Origin: a virus
DNA: 64,000 nt
Direction: 5' to 3' (one strand)
Virus record (IMG/VR): IMGVR_UViG_3300008113_000059
Location: 1 to 64,000 of that record
Below the pieces are notes generated by a model. It had not been told where the DNA came from and searched no databases. It worked only from the letters and a program-made list of their open reading frames with translations. Position 1 is the stretch's first letter, and each line of letters starts with the position of its first letter. Of this stretch, positions 19,201-30,073 are shown piece by piece. The position numbers and the translations under genes were made by a program.

Positions 19201-21690
19201 ATGAATTTTTATCCGGAGAATAGATTTCCTAAGAAGGGCGAACCTGTCAATGACGGGAATGGCCAACAGTATGATTTATCAGAGCAGAGATATAATTACC
19301 ACGATGGTCTTCAGAACACCGATAAGGTAGTTAAATCATCGGTGGATAACATATTTTCAACACCCGGTGCAGCCGAGGCAAGAGCTAAACAAATCGGATG
19401 TGGTGGGTATCACGAGGTTATAATTAAGGGTGAAAAATACTATAAGCCCTGTGTAAGCTCAGGTTACTATGATCTGAGAATAGAACAGCTAGATAGCGCA
19501 TTAAACTTTACTTATATTGGAAATTATAGGGTTCTCTCGTGGGATAAACCATTTGAGAGAGTTACTAAATTTAAGGGTTGGATAATAGATGCCTCAAATA
19601 GCAATAATACTGGATCGAGATTAGACGCTAATGACATCTCCATTGATTTTAGATACAGCATAGATGGAAAGACATGGTCTTTATGGACTAATGTTGGTAC
19701 CGCTCTCGGCGGACTAACAAATGAATTTTCTGATCTTTTTGATATAATTTTAAATCCTGACAATAAATTCTACCCGGAATTTAGATTCACCTCAGTACTA
19801 ATTAATGAGGATGGAACTGTTATTTATAATAGTGATGAACCAATAGATCCAACAATTGTTATAGTTAGTTTCGAGTTGGATTTGGATTATGCACCAACTC
19901 CAGAAATTCCCATAGTTAAACCTGCTGCTATATGCTCCAATGAGGTTTCAAATAGACCTGTTGTTTTTTCTGATTGTAAATTCACATTTAATCCATATGC
20001 AGTAAACCGTGCGCTGAATCTATATCAGGATTTAAGTTTGATGGTTAATAATGTATTTGGCTTGGAAGCAAATTACTATTCTGTTCAACCACAAGCTAGA
20101 GGTAAGGATGTAGTTTTAAAGGAATACACTATATTTAATGTTGTTGACGAGAAATGTGTTAAGATACTCGTTCCGCAGAATCAGTTCCCTGATAATAAAA
20201 TAAACTTTGATCCTTTCGGGCTTCAGTTCGAGGAGCCTTTTGAGATACAAATAGACAAGAGATATTTTGAGACTATATTCGGAAGGGGATCTCAGCCTAG
20301 AAAAAGAGATATTTTATATTTCCCTATTACTAATAGAATATATGAAATAAATTCTATGTATTTATTCAGGGACTTTATGAACGCTCCTGTTTATTTTAAA
20401 ATAGAGCTTAGAAAATATAGTCCGAAAAGTAATACCTATTTTCAAGATCCTGCATACAAGGAGGAACTTGATGGTATAACATTGACTACAAGCGAATTAT
20501 TTGGAGCTGAAGTTAATGATGAGGAAATTAAAAGTTCTAAGCCTCAGCAATATGCAACCACAATAACACAGCTTTCGCAGGACCCTATTAGATCATACGT
20601 TTATAAGGATCTATCTATAATCGGATATGATCTAAATAATAACTGGACAATAGTTCTTAATAACTATTATGATTTATCAGAGGCATTTGCTGATAATTCT
20701 GAATTTGGATACGACCCTGATCGATATAGAAATGCAATTAGATACAAGAGGCTTCCTAAACTTGGTACCACCGATGAATTATCATACACTTGTTGGTTTA
20801 GTCTTAGAAATTTCTATGACAATCAGCAAATGTTAAAAAGAGCTTATCCGATATCGAATATAAACCTTGATTCATTCGATGCTGATTATTTATATTTCAG
20901 CAGCTACCCTAGGAGACATAGATTGGAAAAATGGCAATCATATGCTTCCAATCCTGAAGGATATGTTGCCATAAAGGGTGATAAATTACACTCTGGAGGA
21001 TATCAGGTTGTTGATGTTATTGATGAATATAGATTTACCGTTAAGAATAACAGCATGGATTTTGCACTCGGAACGATAGTTTGGAAAATGCAAAAAGCTC
21101 AGAGCAGGAATTTATTTAGCGGCCTTTATGAGAATGCGTCGGAAAACATAGAAGGATTTAGAGTTGATCTTGTGCACTCTGGTGTTATGGACGAGAATTC
21201 AAATCCTTTCTTAGGAGAGGGAAGTTTAGTAATAAGACTAAATGACAGAGTAATAAATTCACCGCTTCAATTCGTTCCTGAGTATGGTAGCTGGTATGGT
21301 GTTGTTGTAAACGTTTCTAATCTATATAAACAGATCGCTGCTAATATATGGGAAATGTCATATGACCCAGTCAATCCAAATGAACAGTCTAGTAAGCTAA
21401 ATAAGGTCCATGAGGAGGTTAGAATGATAACTAATCCGATAATATTCAATGCTCCGTCGGATGTCGTTACGGACACGCTAAGCCCATTTTATGGCACTGA
21501 TAACAACTCATATAAGATCTTCACTGGACCAATTTACCTTGGTAACGTGAGATTATTTAAAAATATGATAGATATAGATACACAATCAACGGTATTAAAC
21601 CAAAACATAGTAAGAGATGAACAACTTGCACACATTATAGACAATTCTAAACCACTATTGAATATTCCTAAGTTTGCAAGAAATAGATAA
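19201..21690 (+). CDS. Enlarged neck/head-closure protein (T4 gp14-like core)
   Basis: Central FGLQFEEPFEIQIDKRYFE...PRKRDILYFP...IYEIN resembles gp14; position upstream of terminase and sheath fits. Confidence 0.6.
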   Translation: MNFYPENRFPKKGEPVNDGNGQQYDLSEQRYNYHDGLQNTDKVVKSSVDNIFSTPGAAEARAKQIGCGGYHEVIIKGEKYYKPCVSSGYYDLRIEQLDSALNFTYIGNYRVLSWDKPFERVTKFKGWIIDASNSNNTGSRLDANDISIDFRYSIDGKTWSLWTNVGTALGGLTNEFSDLFDIILNPDNKFYPEFRFTSVLINEDGTVIYNSDEPIDPTIVIVSFELDLDYAPTPEIPIVKPAAICSNEVSNRPVVFSDCKFTFNPYAVNRALNLYQDLSLMVNNVFGLEANYYSVQPQARGKDVVLKEYTIFNVVDEKCVKILVPQNQFPDNKINFDPFGLQFEEPFEIQIDKRYFETIFGRGSQPRKRDILYFPITNRIYEINSMYLFRDFMNAPVYFKIELRKYSPKSNTYFQDPAYKEELDGITLTTSELFGAEVNDEEIKSSKPQQYATTITQLSQDPIRSYVYKDLSIIGYDLNNNWTIVLNNYYDLSEAFADNSEFGYDPDRYRNAIRYKRLPKLGTTDELSYTCWFSLRNFYDNQQMLKRAYPISNINLDSFDADYLYFSSYPRRHRLEKWQSYASNPEGYVAIKGDKLHSGGYQVVDVIDEYRFTVKNNSMDFALGTIVWKMQKAQSRNLFSGLYENASENIEGFRVDLVHSGVMDENSNPFLGEGSLVIRLNDRVINSPLQFVPEYGSWYGVVVNVSNLYKQIAANIWEMSYDPVNPNEQSSKLNKVHEEVRMITNPIIFNAPSDVVTDTLSPFYGTDNNSYKIFTGPIYLGNVRLFKNMIDIDTQSTVLNQNIVRDEQLAHIIDNSKPLLNIPKFARNR

Positions 21691-21693
21691 AGT

Positions 21694-22476
21694 ATGCCAA
21701 GAAGAAAACCGAAACCGGAAAAAGTAGTACAGGAAAAAATAAAGGAGAGCTTAGATTCCATAATAATGGAGGAGTCATTGGACGATATTCTTCCTGGTAT
21801 AGACGAACTTCCTAGACTTAAAACTACGGAGATGATGGATTTCTCGGGAGAGAAATCAACAGCTCTATCTGATGCAAAAGCATTATTGGATTCAATAACC
21901 AACTTCTATGTTGATATGAATCACCCAGAATCACATGTTGAAAACAAAAAGAGAATGGACACGATGAATTTATCATCAATGATGTTCCAGCTTAAATCTG
22001 CTCAACATGCCATTACCAAGATACTTGAGGAGATTGATTTAGGTAACATGCACCCCCGTTTATTTGAGGTTCTTGCACAATTGCAGTCTCAAATCATGCA
22101 GATGCCCAAAGATTATCAGGCTTACCTGGAGAAAATGGAACAGAACTATAAGAAAACTAGAATAGAAATAGAGGAAAAGAAACACGCAAGCGGTGTTGTT
22201 ATGGATCAACAGCCAGGATCCGACGGTGTTTACATTTCAACCAATGTTTCTTCTGACGGTGGTCTAAGATCTAGAGGTACTCGAGGTATAATGGAAGGTC
22301 TTCGTGATATAATAGGATCAGAAATAATAGACATTAGACCAGAAGTTATAGATCCCAATGCTGTTGTTAATGCAAGAGATAAGAAAAAGATAGACTCGCA
22401 GAATCCGTTAAGAAAGGATGATGATAACTATGAAGATCCTGATGGATATACTATTGAGGATGATATACTAGAATAA
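21694..22476 (+). CDS. Probable terminase small subunit (by position)
   Basis: Helical protein directly upstream of the large terminase; HPRLFEVLAQL resembles the HPRAYEV motif of gp16-like proteins. Confidence 0.55.
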   Translation: MPRRKPKPEKVVQEKIKESLDSIIMEESLDDILPGIDELPRLKTTEMMDFSGEKSTALSDAKALLDSITNFYVDMNHPESHVENKKRMDTMNLSSMMFQLKSAQHAITKILEEIDLGNMHPRLFEVLAQLQSQIMQMPKDYQAYLEKMEQNYKKTRIEIEEKKHASGVVMDQQPGSDGVYISTNVSSDGGLRSRGTRGIMEGLRDIIGSEIIDIRPEVIDPNAVVNARDKKKIDSQNPLRKDDDNYEDPDGYTIEDDILE

Positions 22477-22477
22477 T

Positions 22478-24301
22478 ATGGAAAACTTATTAGAGAGCGG
22501 GATACAACAGGAAACTACCTATTGGACAACCTCCAGAATAGATGAATTACTTAGAAGAGTTGACGAGGAAGGACTCGATTACAAGAGTGTAGATAATCCA
22601 TTTCATGATAATAACCCAGAATTAAAGAGAGCTAATATTCTTTGGGAGTACACCAATGAGGAAATTCTCGAAATGAAAAAATGTGCGGAGGACGTAACTT
22701 ACTTTTCTAAATATTGTAAAGTAATGACGGATACCGGTCTTGATTACATTAGGCTTAGAGACTATCAGGAATCGGTACTTAGAGAATATCAGGGAAGTAG
22801 ATTTAATATATTTCTTGCACCAAGACAGGTTGGTAAATCTATCACATCATCAATAATACTGGTTTGGTATCTTCTATTTAATCACGATAAGAATGCGATG
22901 ATTCTTGCAAACGTCGGGGATACAGCGGAAGAACTTATGGACAAGATAAAGGCAATTATAAAGGGATTGCCTTTCTTTCTGAAACCTGGTATAATGGTCA
23001 ATAACGTGATGTCAATGCGTTTTGATAACGGTTGTAGGGTTCTTGCTAAAACAACTACTAAGACATCAGGTATCGGTTTTACCATTCATTTTCTATACAT
23101 GGATGAGTTTGCCCACATTAATCCCAACTTCATTGAAGCTTTCTTTAGGTCAACATACCCAACTGTTTCCTCGTCCAAGGTATCGAGAATTATAGTTACT
23201 TCCACGCCCAATGGTATGAATAAGTTTTATGAACTTTATCAAGGTGCTCTTAATGGTGAAAATAGTTTTAATCCGATCAGGGTTGATTGGTGGCAAGTAC
23301 CAGGAAGAGACGAGGCATGGAAACAAAGGGAGATAGGTAACTTGGGTAGTGAAGAACTATTTAATCAGGAATATGGTAATCAATTCCTAAGTTCATCTAG
23401 CTTACTGTTAGGTTCAAATGAGCTTAGAAAAATAAGAAGAAATGAAACCGAATATTTTTGGAAAGAAATAGATTGTCTTCACGATAGCGGAATAAATTAT
23501 GAAAATTTAATATGGCATCCGAAATTTGACTTAGAAAAATGTGATTTACCGGGTAAGAAGTTTGTTCTCTCTATAGATCTAAGCGGTGGGGGAAGTGGAG
23601 ATTTTACCGTGATTAATATATTTAAAGTTACACCCCTTCCCATGGAAGTTATGGATAGAATAGAAGAATTTGAGGATGAGGCTGATTTCTTTGGGCTGGT
23701 TCAGGTTGGTGTATTCAGAGATAATGAAATAAAACTGGAGGAATTTACAAAAATTTTACAGCTAATGTGCACGGAGTTATTTACTGTTGATCGGGTAAAA
23801 GTAGCGCTGGAGATGAATTTCAAGGGTGAGCTTCTATATGATAAACTTATGCAGAGGGACGATTTCTTTGATGAGATGTTTTTATTTACTAAACATACAG
23901 AGAGCGCAAGGGTATTAAAAGCTGGGATAAAATACAACGAAAAGAATAAAATGAAATATTGTGAGATGCTAAGAAGTCTCATAAAGGGTGACCGTATATT
24001 AATTAACGAAAAGAAATGGACAGTTCCTGAACTTTTTACTTTCGGTTTAAATAATAGGGGTACGTACTCGAGTCAGAGCGGACACGATGATGTTGCTATG
24101 ACTCTGGTCAATCTCCCGGGATTATTTGATGGATATGACTTTAATCAGATAGTGGGAGATGTTTTCGATGAGCTCGAGGACAGTGCTTATAAGAATGCTA
24201 TAATCAGGAAGTTGGAGGGTGGACAGAGCCTAGATGAAGATTCGAGAGGACCCGTTACCAAGGACGGTAGAAGTTATGGGGATTTCAATAAACTAATGTA
24301 A
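22478..24301 (+). CDS. gp17: Terminase large subunit (T4 gp17-like)
   Basis: LRDYQ, Walker A APRQVGKS, Walker B FLYMDEFAH, TSTPNG, FNQEY, nuclease motifs SIDLSGG and HDDVAM. Confidence 0.97.
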   Translation: MENLLESGIQQETTYWTTSRIDELLRRVDEEGLDYKSVDNPFHDNNPELKRANILWEYTNEEILEMKKCAEDVTYFSKYCKVMTDTGLDYIRLRDYQESVLREYQGSRFNIFLAPRQVGKSITSSIILVWYLLFNHDKNAMILANVGDTAEELMDKIKAIIKGLPFFLKPGIMVNNVMSMRFDNGCRVLAKTTTKTSGIGFTIHFLYMDEFAHINPNFIEAFFRSTYPTVSSSKVSRIIVTSTPNGMNKFYELYQGALNGENSFNPIRVDWWQVPGRDEAWKQREIGNLGSEELFNQEYGNQFLSSSSLLLGSNELRKIRRNETEYFWKEIDCLHDSGINYENLIWHPKFDLEKCDLPGKKFVLSIDLSGGGSGDFTVINIFKVTPLPMEVMDRIEEFEDEADFFGLVQVGVFRDNEIKLEEFTKILQLMCTELFTVDRVKVALEMNFKGELLYDKLMQRDDFFDEMFLFTKHTESARVLKAGIKYNEKNKMKYCEMLRSLIKGDRILINEKKWTVPELFTFGLNNRGTYSSQSGHDDVAMTLVNLPGLFDGYDFNQIVGDVFDELEDSAYKNAIIRKLEGGQSLDEDSRGPVTKDGRSYGDFNKLM

Positions 24302-24347
24302 CGCATCATTTTTAATAATCCTCTTCAATAATTCTTAATTCTTTTTT

Positions 24348-24355
24348 GATATATA
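24348..24355 (+). promoter_or_regulatory. Putative late promoter GATATATA
   Basis: 29 nt before the sheath ATG. Confidence 0.75.
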
Positions 24356-24384
24356 GTCTAGAAGCAAAAATATCTTGAAAAATA

Positions 24385-27300
24385 ATGGCAAATAAGGTAA
24401 AAATAGACTACTCGCAGTTTAGAGCGTCTGGAGTTTATACGTTGGAATTCGACGCATCACAAAATGTGATTCTAACATCACAAACTATTAGATTGGTGGT
24501 TGGATTCTCTAATAAGGGACCTTTCAATACACCGGTTTATATTCCTGACGTAACAACACTAATATCTATTTTTGGTGACGTAGACAGATCACTAGAAAAT
24601 AAGGGTTCCTTCTTTCAAAGATCGATACTAACTTGTTTAAATACAGGTCCGGTTTTTGCATTGAATCTTTTAAGATTGAATGACGACGAGGCAACCGCAA
24701 ACCCAGATAAGGTTACATATCAAGCATACTCTGTTGATACGGAGGAATCTAATGGAGTTGTAACAAACAGACTTTACTCATCTTATTATAATAAGGAGAG
24801 ATTTTGGTTTGCAGACCCTAATTACTTCCTTGCAACATTAAGTGTTTCAGATCAAGGAAAATTATTCAGTCTTACCAATTTGGGTAAATCCCCAATGAGT
24901 ATCATTACTAGAAAATCTACAGATTCTTCTAAACCTCTTAAAGGATATGATATATTCGCAATAGATTGGTATGGAGCTAATAATGTACCTAGCTTTATGC
25001 ACCCATATGATTACATCTCCGATTACTTTATCGATGTAATTGCAGTTTATGGAAACTGGACAAATTATCAGGCCCTAGCATTAGATCCTTATTACAGTAA
25101 ATACTTTACTAATAACGGATTTATTAAAAGTAGAATAGACGCGTTCCTTGCGGAGCCTAATGTTTCCATAGTTACTTCCGTTACTGGTTGTATTATACCT
25201 GACTTTGTTGATCTTAATGGAGTTAATCAATACATACAAACATTAGTTAATAATGACACGCCTTCAAGTGGTTTATTCTGTGCGATTGATGAAGTTGCAT
25301 TCGATTCAATTTGTAATAACCCTTCTAAAATAGATTTAGTCGGTAACCACTTAATTGATGAATTAACCGGAGATAGAGATCTTGCAACACCTAGAATTAA
25401 TTTCTTAAGTTATGATCAGGTACTAGTTGCTGACTACTTATATTCACAAAATGTTGTTGGTGTAACTGGAGCAACTGGATTTGTTAGTGCTACTGGTGCT
25501 ACAGTTTATGCTACCGGAGTAAAGGTAGGTACTCTTTTCACTCTTACTGAAACTGGTGTTACTGCCGGTGTAATAAACACTTCATTCGCGGCTTATAATC
25601 CTAATTCATTTGATGGTGGATTACATTATTTACAAACATTGGGTCTAACTGGTGCCACTGGTGGATTTAATAACGCTATACAAAAAGAATCTTTAAAAAG
25701 CTTCCTATCGGTTACGTCATCTAACGATGAGAAATTTATACTTGGTGTAGTTTCTGGATATACTGGTGGTTTAACCGGAGCATTACTAAACCAATTCTCT
25801 GAAGCTTCACTTGTTAAATTAAAAGTTACTGGAACTAAGGAGGTTTCTGGGGAATTAAGAATATTCTTTACCCACCCTCTAGATAACGCTTTCTATAGAG
25901 GACAAGGTATAGCAGTTAGCCCTACATACAACTTAACATCATATAATACCGGTGCATCTGGAAGTAATAAGCCATTCTATACGAATGCTTACCAATTCGG
26001 TAACTCTGATTATACTGATATTATTAGTGTAGCTACCCCTGACGGTGTTACTGGACCTGGTGCTCCCCTTGGAGTTTCTAATGTGCTAGTTGGTTATAAT
26101 GCTTCACCATTATTCCAGGATTATAAATATGCAAGAATTGCTGATGGTGACTTAGTTTGGAGAAACTCTGCAGGTACTAATCTTAGCTATGTAGGTTTCG
26201 AAACTACTGTTGATAGGGATCAATTTGACATGACATATCTTAGAACATTCAGTAATGTTGACAGGGACGATGCAACTATAGTAAATGTTCCTGCATTTGG
26301 TGCTACTTATGCTTCTGATAATGCAGGTCTTCCTGTAAGTGCACAAGCATTTGATATAATTTCACAGGAAGGATCTATTAATCAGTTCATAGATTGTACT
26401 AGAATAGACGTTACTACATTCTTGATAACTCAGGATAATCTTGGTAACGTGCCTTTATCCGTTGGAGATTTAGTTGTTTCTACCGATCTTGATATATGTG
26501 AACCAGTAACAGGTAACAGACAAAGCAGATTAGCTAAGGTTACTTCGGTTGCTACCACGACAACTCTTGGCACATACAGAGTAAAAGTAGCAAGACCAGC
26601 TCTTTATTATACTGCGGGTGTTGGACTTAGAGTTCAGAAATTTATGTCAATAGCTCAATTTACAAGATCTTTTGACTTCACATACTTAAGCGGATTCACA
26701 ATGACTGACTCACACAGACCTAACGGTAGTGATGCTAGGATTAGTGATATTCTTGATGTTATGTATGACACTAATATAGCTAAAACATTAGCTTCTAAAG
26801 ACGTTATATCGTTTAGATACATCGTAGATACTTTCGCTGGACAGATTCTACCTAACTCTAAATACCAACTTAGTAATCTTGCTAAATTAAGACAACAAGC
26901 TCTTGCTATTATAAATGCCCCTTCGATGGCACAATTTAGAGCTAGCACGGATCCTAGATTTACTGATGCTCCAACAGCAGCAAATCCATATCCAAAATTA
27001 AATACTGCTTATATCGCAGACGGTGGTAATTTATCACTTAATCCTACATATACTTTCAGTTTACCTACTGAAGATGATGGATCTAAATTCTGTGGTTTCT
27101 ATTCCCCTTTCATTACCGTAAGAGAATCAAATAGAAATGTGGAAGTTCCACCAGCAGCATACGTTTCTAATAACTTCCTTAGAAAATTCGCAAACGGTGA
27201 ACCTTATGCAATTATCGCAGGACAAAAAAGAGGGGTTATAAGCGGAGGAAATATCGTAGGTGTTGAATATGACTTTACCGATGAGGATAGAGGAAATTTA

Positions 27301-27732
27301 GAGCCTTTCGGTATAAACCCAATCATCAAGAGAAGAGGTATCGGTGTAGTTATCTTCGGTAACCAAACGGCTTACCAACAAGTTAACTCAGCTTTCAACT
27401 TAGTTCACGTAAGAGATCTTTTAATCAGTATAGAAAGCGACGTACAAGAAATATTAGCTAACTACCTATTTGATTTCAATGACGATTCAATAAGACTTGA
27501 AATTAAAACATTAGTTGATAATTACCTTGATGGTGTTAGAGCAGGTGGTGGTATTTATGCTTACCAAACTATAATGGATGCATCAAATAACACTCCGGCA
27601 ATCATTGATATGAATATGGGTATAATTGACGTTATAATCGAACCTGCTAGAGGAATTCAGAAATTCATTAATAGAGTTACTGTTACTAGAACTGGAGGAA
27701 TCGCAGCTGGAGGATTCGTACAATTTGTATAA
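24385..27732 (+). CDS. gp18: Contractile tail sheath protein
   Basis: SGVYTLEFD, GFSNKGPFNTP, VPPAAYV, AGQKRG, INPI, IFGNQT, VHVRDLLI, DASNNTPAIID. Confidence 0.95.
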   Translation: MANKVKIDYSQFRASGVYTLEFDASQNVILTSQTIRLVVGFSNKGPFNTPVYIPDVTTLISIFGDVDRSLENKGSFFQRSILTCLNTGPVFALNLLRLNDDEATANPDKVTYQAYSVDTEESNGVVTNRLYSSYYNKERFWFADPNYFLATLSVSDQGKLFSLTNLGKSPMSIITRKSTDSSKPLKGYDIFAIDWYGANNVPSFMHPYDYISDYFIDVIAVYGNWTNYQALALDPYYSKYFTNNGFIKSRIDAFLAEPNVSIVTSVTGCIIPDFVDLNGVNQYIQTLVNNDTPSSGLFCAIDEVAFDSICNNPSKIDLVGNHLIDELTGDRDLATPRINFLSYDQVLVADYLYSQNVVGVTGATGFVSATGATVYATGVKVGTLFTLTETGVTAGVINTSFAAYNPNSFDGGLHYLQTLGLTGATGGFNNAIQKESLKSFLSVTSSNDEKFILGVVSGYTGGLTGALLNQFSEASLVKLKVTGTKEVSGELRIFFTHPLDNAFYRGQGIAVSPTYNLTSYNTGASGSNKPFYTNAYQFGNSDYTDIISVATPDGVTGPGAPLGVSNVLVGYNASPLFQDYKYARIADGDLVWRNSAGTNLSYVGFETTVDRDQFDMTYLRTFSNVDRDDATIVNVPAFGATYASDNAGLPVSAQAFDIISQEGSINQFIDCTRIDVTTFLITQDNLGNVPLSVGDLVVSTDLDICEPVTGNRQSRLAKVTSVATTTTLGTYRVKVARPALYYTAGVGLRVQKFMSIAQFTRSFDFTYLSGFTMTDSHRPNGSDARISDILDVMYDTNIAKTLASKDVISFRYIVDTFAGQILPNSKYQLSNLAKLRQQALAIINAPSMAQFRASTDPRFTDAPTAANPYPKLNTAYIADGGNLSLNPTYTFSLPTEDDGSKFCGFYSPFITVRESNRNVEVPPAAYVSNNFLRKFANGEPYAIIAGQKRGVISGGNIVGVEYDFTDEDRGNLEPFGINPIIKRRGIGVVIFGNQTAYQQVNSAFNLVHVRDLLISIESDVQEILANYLFDFNDDSIRLEIKTLVDNYLDGVRAGGGIYAYQTIMDASNNTPAIIDMNMGIIDVIIEPARGIQKFINRVTVTRTGGIAAGGFVQFV

Positions 27733-27760
27733 TCAAATTTTCGAATATTTAGAAGCAAAA

Positions 27761-27768
27761 GATAAATA
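27761..27768 (+). promoter_or_regulatory. Putative late promoter variant GATAAATA
   Basis: One mismatch to GATATATA, just upstream of tail tube 1. Confidence 0.5.
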
Positions 27769-27777
27769 TAATTAGAT

Positions 27778-28332
27778 ATGGCAGGATTATCACATTTTCA
27801 AAATTCACTATCAGGAATAAACAAGTTTGAACCGGTTTATTTAAACCAGTTTGAGGTTACTATTATACCTCCTGCTGCTGTTGCTGGCGGTGAGATATTA
27901 CTACAGCACGTTAATAAAGTTTCCGGCCTTTCTTTGGATAAAAACCCTAGTGTTATAGCACAAAAGTATAAATTTGCTAAAAGAAACTATGCTGGTGCTA
28001 AACCTGAGAACACATATATGGACGTAAGTTTAAGTTTTAGTGTCAATCTTAATGACGTTAATTCAATGTATGTCTTTAAAACACTAAGACAATGGTCTGA
28101 TCTTATCTATAACCCATTAACGGGTGCAATGGGACTTAAAAACGATTATACGGGTACTATCGTAATATCAATCTTTAACAAACAAGGTGATGTATACAGA
28201 AGAATAACTTGTAGAGATTGTTTTCCTACTAAACCTATAACCGCTATGAATTTAAGCTACATGTCAACGGATCTATATAAAATTGATGATATGTCTTGGG
28301 CGGTTGATTACTGGGAAGATCTATTCTTATAA
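27778..28332 (+). CDS. gp19: Tail tube protein, copy 1
   Basis: Follows the sheath; LNQFEV, LRQWSDLIYNP, DCFP and terminal DYWEDLFL. Confidence 0.85.
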   Translation: MAGLSHFQNSLSGINKFEPVYLNQFEVTIIPPAAVAGGEILLQHVNKVSGLSLDKNPSVIAQKYKFAKRNYAGAKPENTYMDVSLSFSVNLNDVNSMYVFKTLRQWSDLIYNPLTGAMGLKNDYTGTIVISIFNKQGDVYRRITCRDCFPTKPITAMNLSYMSTDLYKIDDMSWAVDYWEDLFL

Positions 28333-28346
28333 AATAAAGAACAAAA

Positions 28347-28922
28347 ATGGCAGGATTACCACATTTTACAAACTCTAAAGCAGCGATAAACTACTATGAA
28401 CCGGTTTATTTGAACCAGTTCGAGGTGCTTATAAATCCACCATCGGGTATTGTTGATTCAGCTACCACATTTAAGGGTGAGAGTATACTAGCACAACAAG
28501 TTAAAGCTATAACTGGATTGGCAGTAGATATTGCTCCTGCTCAGACAGTTAATCAGCAATATAAATTTGCTACCAGAAGATATGCTGGAGGTGAGCCTTC
28601 TCAGAGTGATATGACACTTTCTATGGAATTTGAGGTTAACTTAAATGACGCTAATTCTATGTCTGTCTATAAAATTCTTAGACAGTGGTCCGATTTAATC
28701 TACAACCCACTTACTGGAGCGATGGGTATAAAATCTGACTATGTTGGATCTATGTCTATATCCATATTTAATAAAAGAGGTGATGTCTTTAGAAGAATAA
28801 GAATACCTTCTTGCTTCTTGAGTGAGCCTATAAATTCAATGGAACTTGATTATGAAACTCCGGCTATATACAGCATAAATGCTAGTTGGGTTTGTGATTA
28901 CTGGGAAGATCTATTCCTATAA
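28347..28922 (+). CDS. gp19: Tail tube protein, copy 2
   Basis: Close paralogue of 27778..28332 with the same EPVYLNQFEV, LRQWSDLIYNPLTGAMG and DYWEDLFL segments. Confidence 0.85.
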   Translation: MAGLPHFTNSKAAINYYEPVYLNQFEVLINPPSGIVDSATTFKGESILAQQVKAITGLAVDIAPAQTVNQQYKFATRRYAGGEPSQSDMTLSMEFEVNLNDANSMSVYKILRQWSDLIYNPLTGAMGIKSDYVGSMSISIFNKRGDVFRRIRIPSCFLSEPINSMELDYETPAIYSINASWVCDYWEDLFL

Positions 28923-28946
28923 TACAATTTAAAAATATATTTTGAA

Positions 28947-28975
28947 AAAAAAGAGGCTAATTTGGCCTCTTTTTT
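28947..28975 (+). terminator. Rho-independent terminator
   Basis: AAAAAAGAGGC-TAATTTG-GCCTCTTTTTT after the tube genes. Confidence 0.85.
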
Positions 28976-28983
28976 CATTTTTG

Positions 28984-28991
28984 GTTATATA
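28984..28991 (+). promoter_or_regulatory. Putative late promoter variant GTTATATA
   Basis: One mismatch to the consensus, between a terminator and ATG 29012. Confidence 0.5.
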
Positions 28992-29011
28992 ATAGATAAA
29001 ATAAATTATTT

Positions 29012-30073
29012 ATGGATAACATATCTCCGGAAGAAATTCTCAAAAGAAAAGAAATGATGGGCGGCATAGAATATGACGACCCTACTGATGTACAATCTAA
29101 GCCAGAGGCGAAACCAGCTGAGACTCAACCAGTTTTGGGTGAACCTATAAAAACTGAGGTTGTCGAAAAAAATGTATATTCTGACCAGGCAGCAACACCA
29201 AATAATTTTGGCAAGGCACAATCGGTTTCCCCTGCATTCGATACAGGATGGAAGAATTTACCGGTTGATATATTACCTTCCAAAGGTGTATATTATCCCG
29301 AAGGAACAAAGTTAGCCATAAGATCTGCGGAAGTTAAAGAAATTAGGCATTTCTCCACTATTGACGATGATGATAGATTGGATATAGAGGATAAACTAAG
29401 CTATATTTTAGACAGATGTCTAAGAATGGATTTTCCTAATGAAGGTGTGGTATCGTATCTTGATCTAAAACAGGAGGATAGGTTTTTTATAATAATGGCG
29501 ATAAGGGATTTAACTTTTGTTAGAGGTGAGAATTCAATAATGCTTCAGACGTCAAAGAAATGCGACGAAACACCGGATTGTCCATTTAACAATGGTATTG
29601 AATTAAGAACTGGAGTTTTAAGTTCATATGAGCTGGATGACAGGATAAACAAATACTATGATGGCGAAAGCAGAACTTTTCTATTCGATGTAAAAAGAAT
29701 AGGAAAGAAAATTGAAATGTCAATCCCGAGTATAGGCGTTACAAAAGCAATCTCTAGATTTATTTCTGATATGAATAGAAAAAGTATTGAGATTGATGAT
29801 GGATTTTTAAAAATTGCTCCTTTTATATTTAATGAATGGAGAGAATTAACAAGCGATAGAATACTTACCAAAATGAGGGAAGCCGATTATTGGACAAAGG
29901 AAGAATATAGTTTGTATTTCGAGCTTTCAGAAAAGATCAGAATTGGCACTGAATTGGAAGTTAAACAAAAATGCCCTGTATGCGGTGACAAGGAGGTCAC
30001 CGCTGCGATCAACTTTCCCAGCGGGTTCAGATCTCTTTTCGTTATTTCAGATATCTTTGGAGAACTTCTTTGA
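29012..30073 (+). CDS. Baseplate hub assembly protein / tail assembly chaperone (gp26-like)
   Basis: LPSKGVYY, IRSAEVKEI, DRFFIIMAIRDLT, two Cys pairs (CDETPDC, CPVCG); lies between the tubes and a tape-measure-like gene. Confidence 0.65.
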   Translation: MDNISPEEILKRKEMMGGIEYDDPTDVQSKPEAKPAETQPVLGEPIKTEVVEKNVYSDQAATPNNFGKAQSVSPAFDTGWKNLPVDILPSKGVYYPEGTKLAIRSAEVKEIRHFSTIDDDDRLDIEDKLSYILDRCLRMDFPNEGVVSYLDLKQEDRFFIIMAIRDLTFVRGENSIMLQTSKKCDETPDCPFNNGIELRTGVLSSYELDDRINKYYDGESRTFLFDVKRIGKKIEMSIPSIGVTKAISRFISDMNRKSIEIDDGFLKIAPFIFNEWRELTSDRILTKMREADYWTKEEYSLYFELSEKIRIGTELEVKQKCPVCGDKEVTAAINFPSGFRSLFVISDIFGELL

